Source: an uncultured bacterium
GTDB lineage: Bacteria; Verrucomicrobiota; Kiritimatiellia; PWTM01
Reading direction: 5' to 3'
Length of the DNA stretch: 64,000 bases
Assembly (NCBI GenBank): GCA_937139365.1
Contig: CAKZPT010000011.1
Coordinates: 8,118 to 72,117 of the forward strand
Shown: positions 1 to 9,983 of the stretch, in pieces
Numbering within the stretch: the first letter of the stretch is position 1
How the letters are laid out: the number at the start of each line of letters is the position of its first letter
Position numbers and translations under genes: made by a program
Notes under the pieces: model-generated
What the model was told of the DNA's origin: nothing
The model's database searches: none
What the model saw: the letters and a program-made list of their open reading frames with translations, nothing else

Positions 1-221
1 GGGTGCTGTTGAAGCTCAACGTCCACGAGTCGCGCCTGGAGGAAGTCGTGCGTCGCCTGCCCGCGCTCCACGCGCCCACCGTCGGGCGATTGAGCGATGC
101 GGGGTGGTATTCGGTCGAAACGGTGGTGGAGGAGGCTCGCGTGCGCGAGTTGCTGCCGGCGTTGAAGGCCGCCGGGGCGGAAGGTATCATCGAAATCGGC
201 CTGAACAAGATCGTTCCGTAG
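1..221 (+). CDS. hisG: ATP phosphoribosyltransferase, C-terminal fragment (5' end lies outside the window)
   Basis: Frame of ORF 3..221. The sequence ...RLPALHAPTVGRLSDAGWYSVETVVEE...LKAAGAEGIIEIGLNKIV matches the C-terminal regulatory domain of long-form HisG. It is open to the window edge. Confidence 0.7.
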   Translation, partial: VLLKLNVHESRLEEVVRRLPALHAPTVGRLSDAGWYSVETVVEEARVRELLPALKAAGAEGIIEIGLNKIVP

Positions 222-259
222 GGCCACAACTCGGCGCGCTCGCGCCGGACGAGGTCAGC

Positions 260-349
260 ATGGGCAGCATCAAAAAAAAGCGGCGCAAAAAAATGAACAA
301 GCACAAGCAGCGCAAGCGGCGCCGCCTGATGCGACACAAGAAGGGATGA
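260..349 (+). CDS. bS22-like / AURKAIP1-COX24-type Lys/Arg-rich microprotein (29 aa)
   Basis: The ATG at 260 lies inside ORF 104..349 and encodes MGSIKKKRRKKMNKHKQRKRRRLMRHKKG. This matches the MGS(V/I)IKKRRKRM...KHRK pattern of the small ribosomal protein bS22. GAGG lies 5 nt upstream, and the stop overlaps the next ATG (ATGA at 346-349). Confidence 0.6.
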   Translation: MGSIKKKRRKKMNKHKQRKRRRLMRHKKG

Positions 350-2847
350 CTCCGTCCGGTGCGGGGCACCGCACGGAGGGGGCGGGGAGGCGGCTCGACG
401 GGGTCATAGGGCTCAAGCTCCGATGCTCGGGGGCTTGGGCGTGTGCGGCTGCGGTGTGGTTGATGCTCATGGCGGCTGGGGGTTGCCGCTCGATTCCCCG
501 GTCCGCCGAACCGCCTTCCACCGGACTCGCGCAGTACGCCGCGGCGCTGTCCCTCATTGCCGACGGGAAGTACGACGAGGCCGCTGCGCGGCTGTCCCGG
601 GCGATTGAATTGGACGCGGGGGCGCCGGTGCCGCGACTGGCACTGGCCAACCTGAAGTTGAACCAGGGCGACCCCGAGGGCGCCCTCCGGGTGCTGCGGG
701 AGGCGGATCGGGCGTGTCCCGGGCGGGAGGATGTCGCGCGAGCGATGGCGGCCATCTACCTCGCTCAAATGAGGTGGGAGGAGGCCATCGCCGTGCTGCA
801 GGCGGCCGTGGCGAAAGCGCCAGCCTCCGGCGTTCTGGTCCCCATGTTGTGCGGCGCCCTGATGGCGCGGAACCGCATGGAGGATGCGGTGGCGACGCTG
901 CGGCGGGCGGTCCAGGCGGGGCCGCCGCCGGCCGACGTCGCCGGGGCGGTGGTTCGCATGGCCATGGCGGTGGGCGCATCCTCCCCGAACGATTCCGTGC
1001 GAGGGCCCCTCCGACGGTTGATGGAGGAGCTAGAGGCCGCCTCGACGGGAGCGGTGGTCCGCGCCGCGGCGGCCGACGCATGGCTGGCGTCCGGGGACGT
1101 GGCCCGAGCACAACGACTGCTGGAAACGGAGTTTGCCCGCGATCCGTTCGAGGCGGAGATCCGCGATCGGCTGGCGCGCCTTCATCTCTCGCAAAATCGC
1201 CTGGACGAGGCGATCGCGGTGCTCAACGCCGCGGTGACGAAGGGGGCGGCCGCGCGCGGCCTGCGCTCGCAGCTGGCCGGCCTGCTGTTGCGCCGGGCGG
1301 ACAGGGCAGAGGGCGCGGCAGCACGGGCCGATCTCGAACGGGCGGCAACGTTGCTGCAGGCCGAGCTGTCCGACGGCCGCCGCTCGCCAAGGATCGTGGC
1401 AGATCTGGGCCGGGCACTGTTGTTGCTCGGCCGCTGGCCGGAGGCGATGGCCGCGCTGTCCGAGCTGCCTGCCGATTCGCTCGCGCCCCGTCAGATGATT
1501 GTCCGTCGGCTGCTGAGAGGGGGGGATACCAACGCCGTCATTGAGCATCTGCGGGCCTTGGTCCGCGAACGTGCCTCCGACCCGCTGGTCCGGCATTGCC
1601 TGGCGGAGGCCTTGCTGGCGACGGGAGACCGGGCAGGCGCAATCCGGGAGTTCGAGGCGGCGGCAATGTGCGGGCCTCGGGCCGATCCGCCCTCGTTCGT
1701 CCGACTGGCGGCCATCGAGTGGAACGACGGTTGCGTGCAGGCGGCCCACCGGCGGCTGGATGAAGGCCTGCGGCACCTACCGAACCACTCCTGGCTGCTT
1801 CGAGTGCGGGCCATGCTTCACCTGCTGAACCGGGAGTTCGAGTCTGCCCTGAAGACGTACGAAGACCTGGAAACACTGACGCCGGTCGAGGCCGGGCGGG
1901 ATCTCTCGCTGGTCAAGGCGGAGCAGGCGGTGGCCCTGCAATACATGGGCCGTCCGGCGTTGGCCGCGCGGCGCCTCGGGGAAGTGTGGGAGCCGGTGCC
2001 GGTGGCGATCGAGATGTTCACGCGGCTGGCGCTGGACGTCGGACGGAGGCTGGGCGACCACGAGCCGACCTCGCGGACCTTTGCCCATTTGGCGCAGCGC
2101 ATGCCTGAGGCGATCGTCGTGCCGATGTACCGTGGCCTGTGGGCGCTTTCGGCTGAACGGTATGCGGAGGCCGTGGAGGCGTTCGAGCAGGCGGAGCGCC
2201 TCGCCCTTCAGGAACCCGGCGGCGAGGAGCTGCTGACCGCGCAGTTCTGGTTCTCGTATGGCAGCGCGCTGGAGCGGAACCGGCGGCTGGCGGAGGCCGA
2301 GGAAAAACTCGAACGGAGCCTCCGAAAGGATTCCGAGCTCGCCGAGGCGTGGAATTATCTCGCGTACATGTGGGCCGAACGGGGCGAGCGTCTCGACCAG
2401 GCGATGCGCTACGTCGAGGAGGCGCTCAAGCGCGAGCCGGACAACGGTGCCTTTTTGGACACCCGGGGCTGGATTTTCTACCAGCAGGGACGGTACGCGG
2501 AGGCCCTTGCCGATTTGAAGCGGGCGCGGGAAGTCTTGGCGGAGGATGACCCGACGGTGCTCGATCACCTCGGTGACACGCTCGAGAAGCTTGGTCGGCG
2601 CGACGAGGCCATCCGCCACTGGTCCCGCGCCTTCGTCCTCGAGCCCGACAACGATTCGATCCGAAAGAAGCTGGTGGCTGCGGGCGTGGACCTGGCTTCG
2701 CTGCAGGCCGAGGCCGACAATCTCCGGCGGGAACGCGAGCGCAAGTTGCGCTCGATCGGCCTTGATGAACACGGCGATGACGAGGTAGAGGTGGCGGAGG
2801 ATAAGGAGGACGAGGAGAACTCCGCCGCCGCCGACGGCGCCCTCTGA
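346..2847 (+). CDS. TPR-repeat lipoprotein
   Basis: An 833-aa ORF with strong GC3 bias. It has a hydrophobic N-terminal segment with a lipobox-like LMAAGGC and many Ala/Leu-rich TPR-like repeats, most canonical at the C-terminus (AEAWNYLAYMWAERGERLDQAMRYVEEALKREPDNGAFLDTRGWIFYQQGRYAEALADLKRA). The start is uncertain. Confidence 0.75.
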   Translation: MTPSGAGHRTEGAGRRLDGVIGLKLRCSGAWACAAAVWLMLMAAGGCRSIPRSAEPPSTGLAQYAAALSLIADGKYDEAAARLSRAIELDAGAPVPRLALANLKLNQGDPEGALRVLREADRACPGREDVARAMAAIYLAQMRWEEAIAVLQAAVAKAPASGVLVPMLCGALMARNRMEDAVATLRRAVQAGPPPADVAGAVVRMAMAVGASSPNDSVRGPLRRLMEELEAASTGAVVRAAAADAWLASGDVARAQRLLETEFARDPFEAEIRDRLARLHLSQNRLDEAIAVLNAAVTKGAAARGLRSQLAGLLLRRADRAEGAAARADLERAATLLQAELSDGRRSPRIVADLGRALLLLGRWPEAMAALSELPADSLAPRQMIVRRLLRGGDTNAVIEHLRALVRERASDPLVRHCLAEALLATGDRAGAIREFEAAAMCGPRADPPSFVRLAAIEWNDGCVQAAHRRLDEGLRHLPNHSWLLRVRAMLHLLNREFESALKTYEDLETLTPVEAGRDLSLVKAEQAVALQYMGRPALAARRLGEVWEPVPVAIEMFTRLALDVGRRLGDHEPTSRTFAHLAQRMPEAIVVPMYRGLWALSAERYAEAVEAFEQAERLALQEPGGEELLTAQFWFSYGSALERNRRLAEAEEKLERSLRKDSELAEAWNYLAYMWAERGERLDQAMRYVEEALKREPDNGAFLDTRGWIFYQQGRYAEALADLKRAREVLAEDDPTVLDHLGDTLEKLGRRDEAIRHWSRAFVLEPDNDSIRKKLVAAGVDLASLQAEADNLRRERERKLRSIGLDEHGDDEVEVAEDKEDEENSAAADGAL

Positions 2848-3082
2848 GGGCGTGCCAATATGACCGCCAGCCGTCGCCCGGTGACCGTCCGAGGGCCATG
2901 GTGCACAGAGGGCCGAAACCGCTTTCTCAGGTTGCAAGGCGCGCTCCAGCGAGGGAGTGAACCGTTCGGTTGCGCGGTGTGAGGGGGTAACGGGTCCGCG
3001 CCGGTGTCGCTCCTGGCGCCGATGTTCCGGCTGCGGTTGGCTAGGAAACCGGTGAATTGCCGCCATTCGCTCCCGACGGATC

Positions 3083-3110
3083 TTGTCAACTTGTGGCCCG
3101 CCGGTATACT
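3083..3110 (+). promoter_or_regulatory. Candidate sigma70-type promoter: TTGTCA, 16-nt spacer, TATACT. It would give a leaderless transcript of the GT2 gene.
   Basis: TTGTCA is at 3083-3088 and TATACT at 3105-3110. The ATG of the downstream CDS starts at 3117, 7 nt after the -10 element, and there is no Shine-Dalgarno sequence in between. Confidence 0.35.
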
Positions 3111-3116
3111 ACGCAT

Positions 3117-3881
3117 ATGGCGGACGGGTTGATCATCACGCCGACGTTCAATGAGCGTGACAATGTGGAGGCGATCAGCCAGGCCGCCCTCGCCACCTTG
3201 CCTGACACGGACTACCTTTTTGTGGACGACAACTCCCCCGACGGCACCGGCGAGCTGCTGGACCGGCTTGCGGCGGCCGATCCGCGAATCCACGTCCTGC
3301 ACCGCCCGGGCAAACAGGGACTGGGGCGCGCCTACGTCGCAGGCTTCCTCTGGGCGCTCGAGCGCACTTATTCGTATGTGTTCGAGATGGATGCCGATTT
3401 CTCGCACAATCCGGCGGAACTCCCCCGCCTGCGGGCGGCGGCCGAGAAGGCCGATTTGGTGCTCGGTTCGCGGTTCGTCGGTGGTATCCGGATCACCAAC
3501 TGGCCTCTGTCGCGGCTGATGCTCAGCGTATGTGCGGCCACCTATGTACGCGCGATCACCGGGATGCCGTTCGCCGACCCCACCGGTGGATTTAAGTGCT
3601 ACCGCCGCGAGGTGCTGGAAGAGATCGACGTGCCGACCCTGCGCTCCAACGGTTATTCGTTCCAGATCGAGACGCTGCACCGCGCGTGGATTCGCGGGTT
3701 TCGGGTCGTGGAGCTGCCCATCGTGTTCGAGGACCGGCGGTCCGGTGTTTCCAAGATGAACCGTTCGATCGTCAGCGAGGCGTTCGGTCTGGTCGGCCGT
3801 CTGGCCCTCCGCAGCCGCTTCCGCCGCCGGCCTTGGGGGGTACACCCGCGCAGCGTTGTTCGGCGGGCGACGCCGGCGTGA
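3117..3881 (+). CDS. GT2 polyprenol-phosphate mannosyltransferase (Dpm1/Ppm1-like)
   Basis: Motifs IITPTFNERDN, FVDDNSPDGTG, HRPGKQGLGRAY, EMDADFSHNP and RRSGVSKM are typical of dolichol/polyprenol-phosphate mannose synthases. The internal Met at 3117 was chosen as start. Confidence 0.8.
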   Translation: MADGLIITPTFNERDNVEAISQAALATLPDTDYLFVDDNSPDGTGELLDRLAAADPRIHVLHRPGKQGLGRAYVAGFLWALERTYSYVFEMDADFSHNPAELPRLRAAAEKADLVLGSRFVGGIRITNWPLSRLMLSVCAATYVRAITGMPFADPTGGFKCYRREVLEEIDVPTLRSNGYSFQIETLHRAWIRGFRVVELPIVFEDRRSGVSKMNRSIVSEAFGLVGRLALRSRFRRRPWGVHPRSVVRRATPA

Positions 3882-3894
3882 TCCGCGGGGCGGC

Positions 3895-5019
3895 GTGAAC
3901 ATCTTGGTCGTCGAGTTTCGCGACCCTTGGCATCCCGAGGCCGGCGGCGCGGAATCCCTGCTGACGGAGGTCTTCAGCCGGATCGCCGCGGCGGGACATG
4001 GCGTGGACTATCTCTGTTGCCGGCCGTCCGGGATGGCGCCCGAGGCGGAGGCACGCGGCATCCGGTATCATCGGCGTGGGCCGCAGGTCGTCTTCAATTT
4101 CGTGGTCCCCGCCGCGGTGCGCGCCCTCTCGGCTCGACGGAGTTTCGATGTGATCGTTGAAGGCCTCGACAAGGTCCCCTTCTTCTTGCCGTGGCTGTAT
4201 CGCGGCGTGCCCGTCGTGGGGCACGTTCCGCATTTGTTCGGCGAGACCATTTTTCGGGAGGCGTTCTGGCCGATCGCGGCCTACGTCTGGTGCATGGAGC
4301 GGCCGGTGCCGCTGGTGTACCGGCACTGCCTGTTTTCCGCGCTTTCGCAGTCCACGCGGGACGATCTGGTGCGCCGCGGCATTGCGCCCAACCGCATCCG
4401 AGTGATCCCACCCGGCATCGACACCCAGCTCCACCGGCCCCCGGTCCGGCGGGAACCGGCCGGCCGACCGACGATCCTCTATGTCGGTCGGTTGAAACGC
4501 TACAAAGGGATCGAACGCGTGTTCGGCGCCGTTGCGCGGCTTCGAACCCGCTTCCCGGACCTGCGCTTCAACATCATCGGGGCCGGCGACCACGAGGTGG
4601 CGTTGCGAAGACGCGCGGCCGAACTCGGCATCGACCGTCAGGTGGTGTTCGCCGGCCGCGTGACGAACGAGGAGAAAGTCAGGCAGATGCAAACGGCCGA
4701 TCTGCTGGTGTACCCGTCTCCCAAGGAGGGGTGGGGGCTGTCGGTCATCGAGGCCAACGCTTGTGGCACGCCGGTGGTGGCCAGCCGTTCGCCCGGGCTG
4801 AGCGAGGCGGTGGCCAAGGGGGTCTCCGGTCTGCTGGTCCGGCACGACGACGAGGCGGCCTGGGCGGAGGCGATCGGATGCATCCTCGCCGATCCCTCGC
4901 TGGCGGCCCGGCTGCGCGATGGGGCCATTCGCTGGGCGTCGCGGTTCACCTGGGAGGAGTCCGCGCGACGCATGACGGATCTGTTGCTCGCCGCCGTCGC
5001 CGGCAGCGCGCGGCGCTGA
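3895..5019 (+). CDS. GT4-family (GT-B fold) glycosyltransferase
   Basis: N-terminus VNILVVEF...HPEAGGAE. C-terminal retaining-GT signature YVGRLKRYKG...PSPKEGWGLSVIEANACGTPVVAS (E-x7-E). GTG start at 3895, just after the GT2 stop. Confidence 0.8.
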   Translation: MNILVVEFRDPWHPEAGGAESLLTEVFSRIAAAGHGVDYLCCRPSGMAPEAEARGIRYHRRGPQVVFNFVVPAAVRALSARRSFDVIVEGLDKVPFFLPWLYRGVPVVGHVPHLFGETIFREAFWPIAAYVWCMERPVPLVYRHCLFSALSQSTRDDLVRRGIAPNRIRVIPPGIDTQLHRPPVRREPAGRPTILYVGRLKRYKGIERVFGAVARLRTRFPDLRFNIIGAGDHEVALRRRAAELGIDRQVVFAGRVTNEEKVRQMQTADLLVYPSPKEGWGLSVIEANACGTPVVASRSPGLSEAVAKGVSGLLVRHDDEAAWAEAIGCILADPSLAARLRDGAIRWASRFTWEESARRMTDLLLAAVAGSARR

Positions 5020-5079
5020 AGCCGCGGACCGGTTCCCCACGCCCCCCCCCGCGTGTTAGAGTTCAGGCGGCAGCGGGCC

Positions 5080-6636
5080 ATGCGCTACGCGATCGTCTCG
5101 GACATCCACGCGAACGAACCCGCCTGGCGGGCGGTGCACGACGATCTGACGGCTGCGGCGGCGGATGTCGTCGTGTGCCTGGGTGACATTGTCGGCTACG
5201 GCCCTCGCCCGCGCGAGGTGCTGGCCGCCGTGCGCGAGGTGGCTTCCCTGTTCATCCTCGGCAACCACGATGCGGCGATGGTTGGCCGGGTGGACCTGGA
5301 CCGTTTCCGGCCGGCCGCCCGCCGTTCTGCTCTCTGGACGCGGCGAACGCTGGCCGGCGATGCGGTTTTTTTTGGAGACCTGCCTCTGGCCGTCGAAGTC
5401 GGCGACGTCGTCTTCGTTCACGCCGAGACCCCCTTGCCGGACGATTACGGTTACGTGGACGACGTCGACGACGCGGCGGCCTGCTTCGAGACCACCGACG
5501 CACGCGTGATCTTCCTGGGCCACACGCACGTGCCCGGCACCTTCGTCCAGGGATCCGACGGCACCATCGAGGAGGACCTTTCCGCCAGGGTGGAGCTGCA
5601 GCCGGATTTCCGCTACCTGATCAACGTCGGCTCGGTCGGCGATCCCCGCGACGGAACACAACTGGCGTCCTACGCGCTGTACGATGACGCCGCGCATTGG
5701 GTAGAGTTGCGCCAGGTGGCGTTCGATGTCGCCCGCTTCCGAGCGCAGATCCTCCGGGTCCGGGCGCTTGAGGTGCCCTATTTCCTTACGCTCGCCCATC
5801 CGGCCAAGCGTCCGGCCCACCATCCCGTCGTGCACGACGAGGCGATCATTGCGGCCAAGGTGTCCACGGTGCGGGTGGACCGGCTGGTGCGGAAGATGCC
5901 CATCCGCCTTGGGGTGGAGGATCTCGGACGGCTGGGCACGAGGACGCCGTCGGTGTTCGCCGACGCCAGCGGACCGCCAGCTAGCGCAATGCCGCACCGG
6001 CGGAAATGGCTTCCCAAAACGGTCGCCGGCCGCGCGGCCGCGGCCCTTGTGGGCGCCGGGATGGTGCTTCTCCCGGCGCTGCGATGGATGGCGGGCCGCG
6101 GCTCCCCGCCGCCGGCGGAGGGGAGCATCGCTGCGCCGATGTCGAAAGCTCCGGAAACCTCGTCCGCGCCGACTCCATCGCCGGCGGGATCGGCGGGGCC
6201 GGAGCGCGACGTGATCACGTTGATGGCCGAACGCGCCGACCGTTACGGAAAAGACTTCCGGCTCGAAACGATGTTTGGCCAGCGCCACATCGGGTACTGG
6301 TCGAATCCCTCCGACTACGTTGTCTGGCGCTTTCGGATCGCCCGGGGAGGGGAGTACGATGTGGAGCTGGAATATGCGCTGGCCCCCATCGGCGACGGTA
6401 ACCGTGTGAACATCGCCTGCGGCCGTCACGAGCTGGTCTGCCCGCTGCCCTCGACCGGTGGCTGGAGCAATTTCACCAGTCGCGCGGTCGGCCGGCTTCC
6501 GCTTCCCGAAGGGCTGGCGGTTCTCGACGTCCGGCCCGCCGACCGGCCGAGGGCCGGGACGATGAACCTGCGGGCGGTCCGCCTTCGGCCGTCGGCGGCC
6601 GGCAACGCCCGTGGCGAGCAGGAGGCAACACCATGA
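5080..6636 (+). CDS. Membrane-anchored metallophosphoesterase with a C-terminal CBM6/35-like domain
   Basis: N-terminal calcineurin-like motifs ([26 protein letters not shown]). A single TM segment ([16 protein letters not shown]). The C-terminal ~150 aa ([31 protein letters not shown]...GGWSNFTS) resembles carbohydrate-binding-module folds. Confidence 0.7.
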
Positions 6637-8254
6637 TCCTTCGCTCGGGATTGGCGGCGATGGCGGCCGGCGCGGCCACGTGCGGCGCAGAATTGAGCCG
6701 GCCGAACATCGTCTTCCGTTTTGCGGATGACTGGGGCCGGTATGCCGGCCTCTACGCACAGATCGACGATCGGCCCACGGTGAACTCCGTGGTGAAGACG
6801 CCCGTCATCGGCCGGCTCGGTCGCGAGGGGGTCGTCTTCCGTAATGCGTTCGTGCCGGCCCCTAGCTGCACGCCCTGCCGCAGCTCGGTGCTGACCGGTC
6901 GGTACTTTTTCCAGACCGGCCGCGGAGCCATCCTGCAGGGCGCGGTCTGGGATTCCTCCATTCCGTCGTATCCTCTGCTGCTGCGCGATGCCGGGTACCA
7001 CATCGACCAGACCTACAAAGTCTGGTCGCCCGGCGTGCCGGTGGACGCGCCCTACGGCGGAAGGGCCCACGAGTACGAGCGGCGCGGCGGAAGGTTCAAC
7101 CAGCTCTCCCAAAACGCGACGCGGCTGGTGAAGGAAGGCCGCAGTTTCGACGAGGCGCGCCGTGAAATCCTCGAGGAGGTGCGGGCGAACTTCCGGGACT
7201 TCCTGGCGGATCGAAAGGACGTCCGGCCGTTCTGCTACTGGTTCGGGCCAACCCTGACGCACCGAGAATTCGAAAAGGGATCCGGTCGGGCGCTCTGGAA
7301 CATCGACCCGGATGCGCTGCGCGGACGGATGCGGTCGTTCCTACCCGACGTGCCCGAGGTTTGCGAGGACTTCGCCGACTACCTCGGCGAGGTTCAGGCG
7401 TGGGATGCGGCGTCGGCGTGATCGTCGAGGAGCTGGAGCGCATCGGCGAACTGGACCGGACCCTGGTGGTCCTCAGCTCCGACCACGGCATGCCTGGGGT
7501 GCCGCGCGGCAAGTGCAATCTGTCGGATGTGCCGTCGCCCTGATCGCGCGCGGTCCTGGCGTGCCGGGCGGGCGGGTGGTGGAGGATTTCGTGAACCTGA
7601 TGGACCTGGCGCCGACGTTTTTGGAGGTGGCCGGCGTCCCGGCGCCGTCCGGGCTGGCGGGCCGGAGCCTGGTCCCCGTCCTTCAGTCGCCGGCCGGAGG
7701 ACTGGGTGGGCTCTAATCGCACATGGGTGGTGACCGGCCGTGAACGGCATGTGGCGGCGGCCCGCGATGGGTTCCTCCCGTATCCGCATCGCGCCATCCG
7801 CACCCGGGACTTCCTCTACGTCCGCAACTTCGCGCTCGACTGCTGGCCGATGGGTTCTCCCGGCCCTGCCTTGGAACAGGGACGCGCCCCCGCGCTGGAC
7901 GCGGTCGAACAGGACACCTTCGTGGCCTTCGCCGACATGGACGCCAGCCCGACCAAGCGGTGGCTGATCGCACACCGGGACGAGGAACGATGGCGGTGGC
8001 ACTGGGAATGTGCCTTCGGCCTGCGTCCTGCGGAGGAGCTGTACGACCTTCGTCGCGACGCCGACCAGGTCCGCCACGTGGCGGACGCCCCGGCCTACGC
8101 CGAGGTTCGAAAGGAGCTGGCCGACCGGCTGATGGCCGTGCTGCGGGAGGCGGAGGCCCCCCGCGTGATCGGCGACGGGACCGCGTTCGACCGTCCGCCG
8201 TTTGCCATCCTTCCCGAACCGGCCGATCGCGTAACGGCAAAACCGAAATCGTAG
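6633..8254 (+). pseudogene. Sulfatase disrupted by three frameshifts
   Basis: Sulfatase homology runs through four frames:
- 6633-7421: signal peptide and formylglycine motif [13 protein letters not shown]
- frame of 7361-7543: [12 protein letters not shown]...GKCNL
- frame of 7312-7716: [12 protein letters not shown]...[14 protein letters not shown]
- 7706-8254: C-terminal domain

The shifts lie near 7410, 7530 and 7700. Confidence 0.75.
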
Positions 8255-8396
8255 GCGATAGGCCGCTTCGTCGGCTCTCGGTCGGCGCCGTGCGGGTGGG
8301 ATCCTGACGGCGTGTCCTGCGAACCGGCGGGAGGGGCCGGCTTGACCCCCGGCGTCGCGCGGTCCTATCGTATTGGGCCCGTCACTGGAGCCCGAT

Positions 8397-9923
8397 ATGA
8401 CCGACCCATCCGCTCGGACCGCCATCACGCCCACGCGCGCCGAAGATTACCCGCAGTGGTACCAGGAGGTTGTCCGCGCAGCGGAGCTGGCCGAGAACAG
8501 CCCCGTGCGCGGCTGCATGGTGATCCGGCCGTGGGGATACGAGGTCTGGGAAAACATCCGCGCCCGTCTGGACCGCATGTTCAAGGACACCGGGCATTCG
8601 AACGCATACTTCCCCCTGTTCATCCCGCTGAGCTTTTTCCAGAAAGAGGCCGAGCACGTCGTGGGGTTCGCCAAGGAGTGCGCGGTTGTGACGCACCACC
8701 GGCTGGAGGCGGGACCGGACGGCCGCTTGGTGCCGGCGGGCGAACTGGAGGAGCCGCTGGTGGTCCGGCCGACGTCGGAGACCATCATCGGCGCGATGTT
8801 CGCCAAATGGGTGGAAAGCTACCGCGACCTGCCGATCAAGATCAACCAGTGGGCCAACGTCGTGCGATGGGAAATGCGCACGCGCCTGTTTCTCCGCACC
8901 GCTGAGTTCCTCTGGCAGGAGGGCCACACGGCGCACGAGACCCGGGAAGAGGCCTGGGAGGAGACGCTGACCATCCTTGAGCTGTACCGCCGGTTTGCGG
9001 AAGACTATCTGGCCATCCCGGTCCTGACCGGCGAAAAGACGGCCGGCGAACGCTTTCCGGGCGCCGACCACACCTTCTGCATCGAGGCGATGATGCAGGA
9101 CCGCAAGGCTCTCCAGGCGGGCACCAGCCATTTTCTCGGACAGAATTTCGCCAAGGCCTCGGGCATTCAGTTCACCGCGCGGGACCGCAGCCGACAATAC
9201 GCCTGGACGACGTCGTGGGGAGTGTCGACGCGGCTGATCGGCGGCCTCGTGATGACGCACGGCGACGACAACGGCATGGTCATGCCCCCGCGCGTCGCGC
9301 CGGCGCACGTGGCCATCCTGCCGATCATCCGCAAAGACGCCGACGCGGCGGCGGTGCTGCCGTGGTGCGAGAGCCTGGCCCGCGAACTTCGGTCGCAAAC
9401 CTTCGACGGCCGGCCGGTGGAGGTCGTGACCGATCTGAGGGAGGACAACGCCGGTGAACGGAGCTGGCGGTGGATCAAGCGGGGCATTCCCGTCCGGGTC
9501 GAGGTCGGCCCGCGTGACATTGCGCAGAGCGCGGTGTTTGTGGGCCGGCGCGACCGCGGGCCGAGGGAGCGGTACAGCCAGCCACGCGCGGAGTTTGTCG
9601 CCGGCATCTCCGCGCTCCTGGAGGACATCCAGCGGGGGCTGTTCGAGCGGGCCCGGGCGTTTCGGGACGCCCACACCCGTCCCATCGACTCGTGGGAGGA
9701 TTTTCGCGCGTTCTTCACGCCGGCCAACCCCGAGAAACCGGAGATCCACGGTGGGTTTGCCCGCAGCCACTGGTGCGGCGGCGCCGCGTGCGAGCGCCGG
9801 ATCAACGAGGAGCTGTCCGTGACGATCCGGTGCATCCCGCGCGATGGCGAGCCGGAGGCGGGCGCCTGCGTTCTCTGCGGTGCGTCGAGCCCCCGGCGCG
9901 TCGTGTTCGCCAAGGCGTATTGA
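8397..9923 (+). CDS. proS: Proline--tRNA ligase (archaeal/eukaryote-like type)
   Basis: MTDPS...TPTRAEDYPQWYQEV...VRGCMVIRPWGYEVWE shows class II motifs. The C-terminal Zn-binding tail is HWCGGAACE...CVLCG...FAKAY. Confidence 0.9.
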   Translation: MTDPSARTAITPTRAEDYPQWYQEVVRAAELAENSPVRGCMVIRPWGYEVWENIRARLDRMFKDTGHSNAYFPLFIPLSFFQKEAEHVVGFAKECAVVTHHRLEAGPDGRLVPAGELEEPLVVRPTSETIIGAMFAKWVESYRDLPIKINQWANVVRWEMRTRLFLRTAEFLWQEGHTAHETREEAWEETLTILELYRRFAEDYLAIPVLTGEKTAGERFPGADHTFCIEAMMQDRKALQAGTSHFLGQNFAKASGIQFTARDRSRQYAWTTSWGVSTRLIGGLVMTHGDDNGMVMPPRVAPAHVAILPIIRKDADAAAVLPWCESLARELRSQTFDGRPVEVVTDLREDNAGERSWRWIKRGIPVRVEVGPRDIAQSAVFVGRRDRGPRERYSQPRAEFVAGISALLEDIQRGLFERARAFRDAHTRPIDSWEDFRAFFTPANPEKPEIHGGFARSHWCGGAACERRINEELSVTIRCIPRDGEPEAGACVLCGASSPRRVVFAKAY

Positions 9924-9983
9924 ACGACCGCGGCCGGCATCGGCGACTCGGGCGGTGGCCGGCGCGGAGGCAAGGAGGCCATC

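Noticed and set aside
104-259. Upstream part of the 81-aa ORF 104..349
   Set aside because: It overlaps the 3' end of hisG out of frame and is Gly/Arg filler. Only the last 29 codons, from the ATG at 260 with a GAGG RBS, look like a real bS22-like gene.
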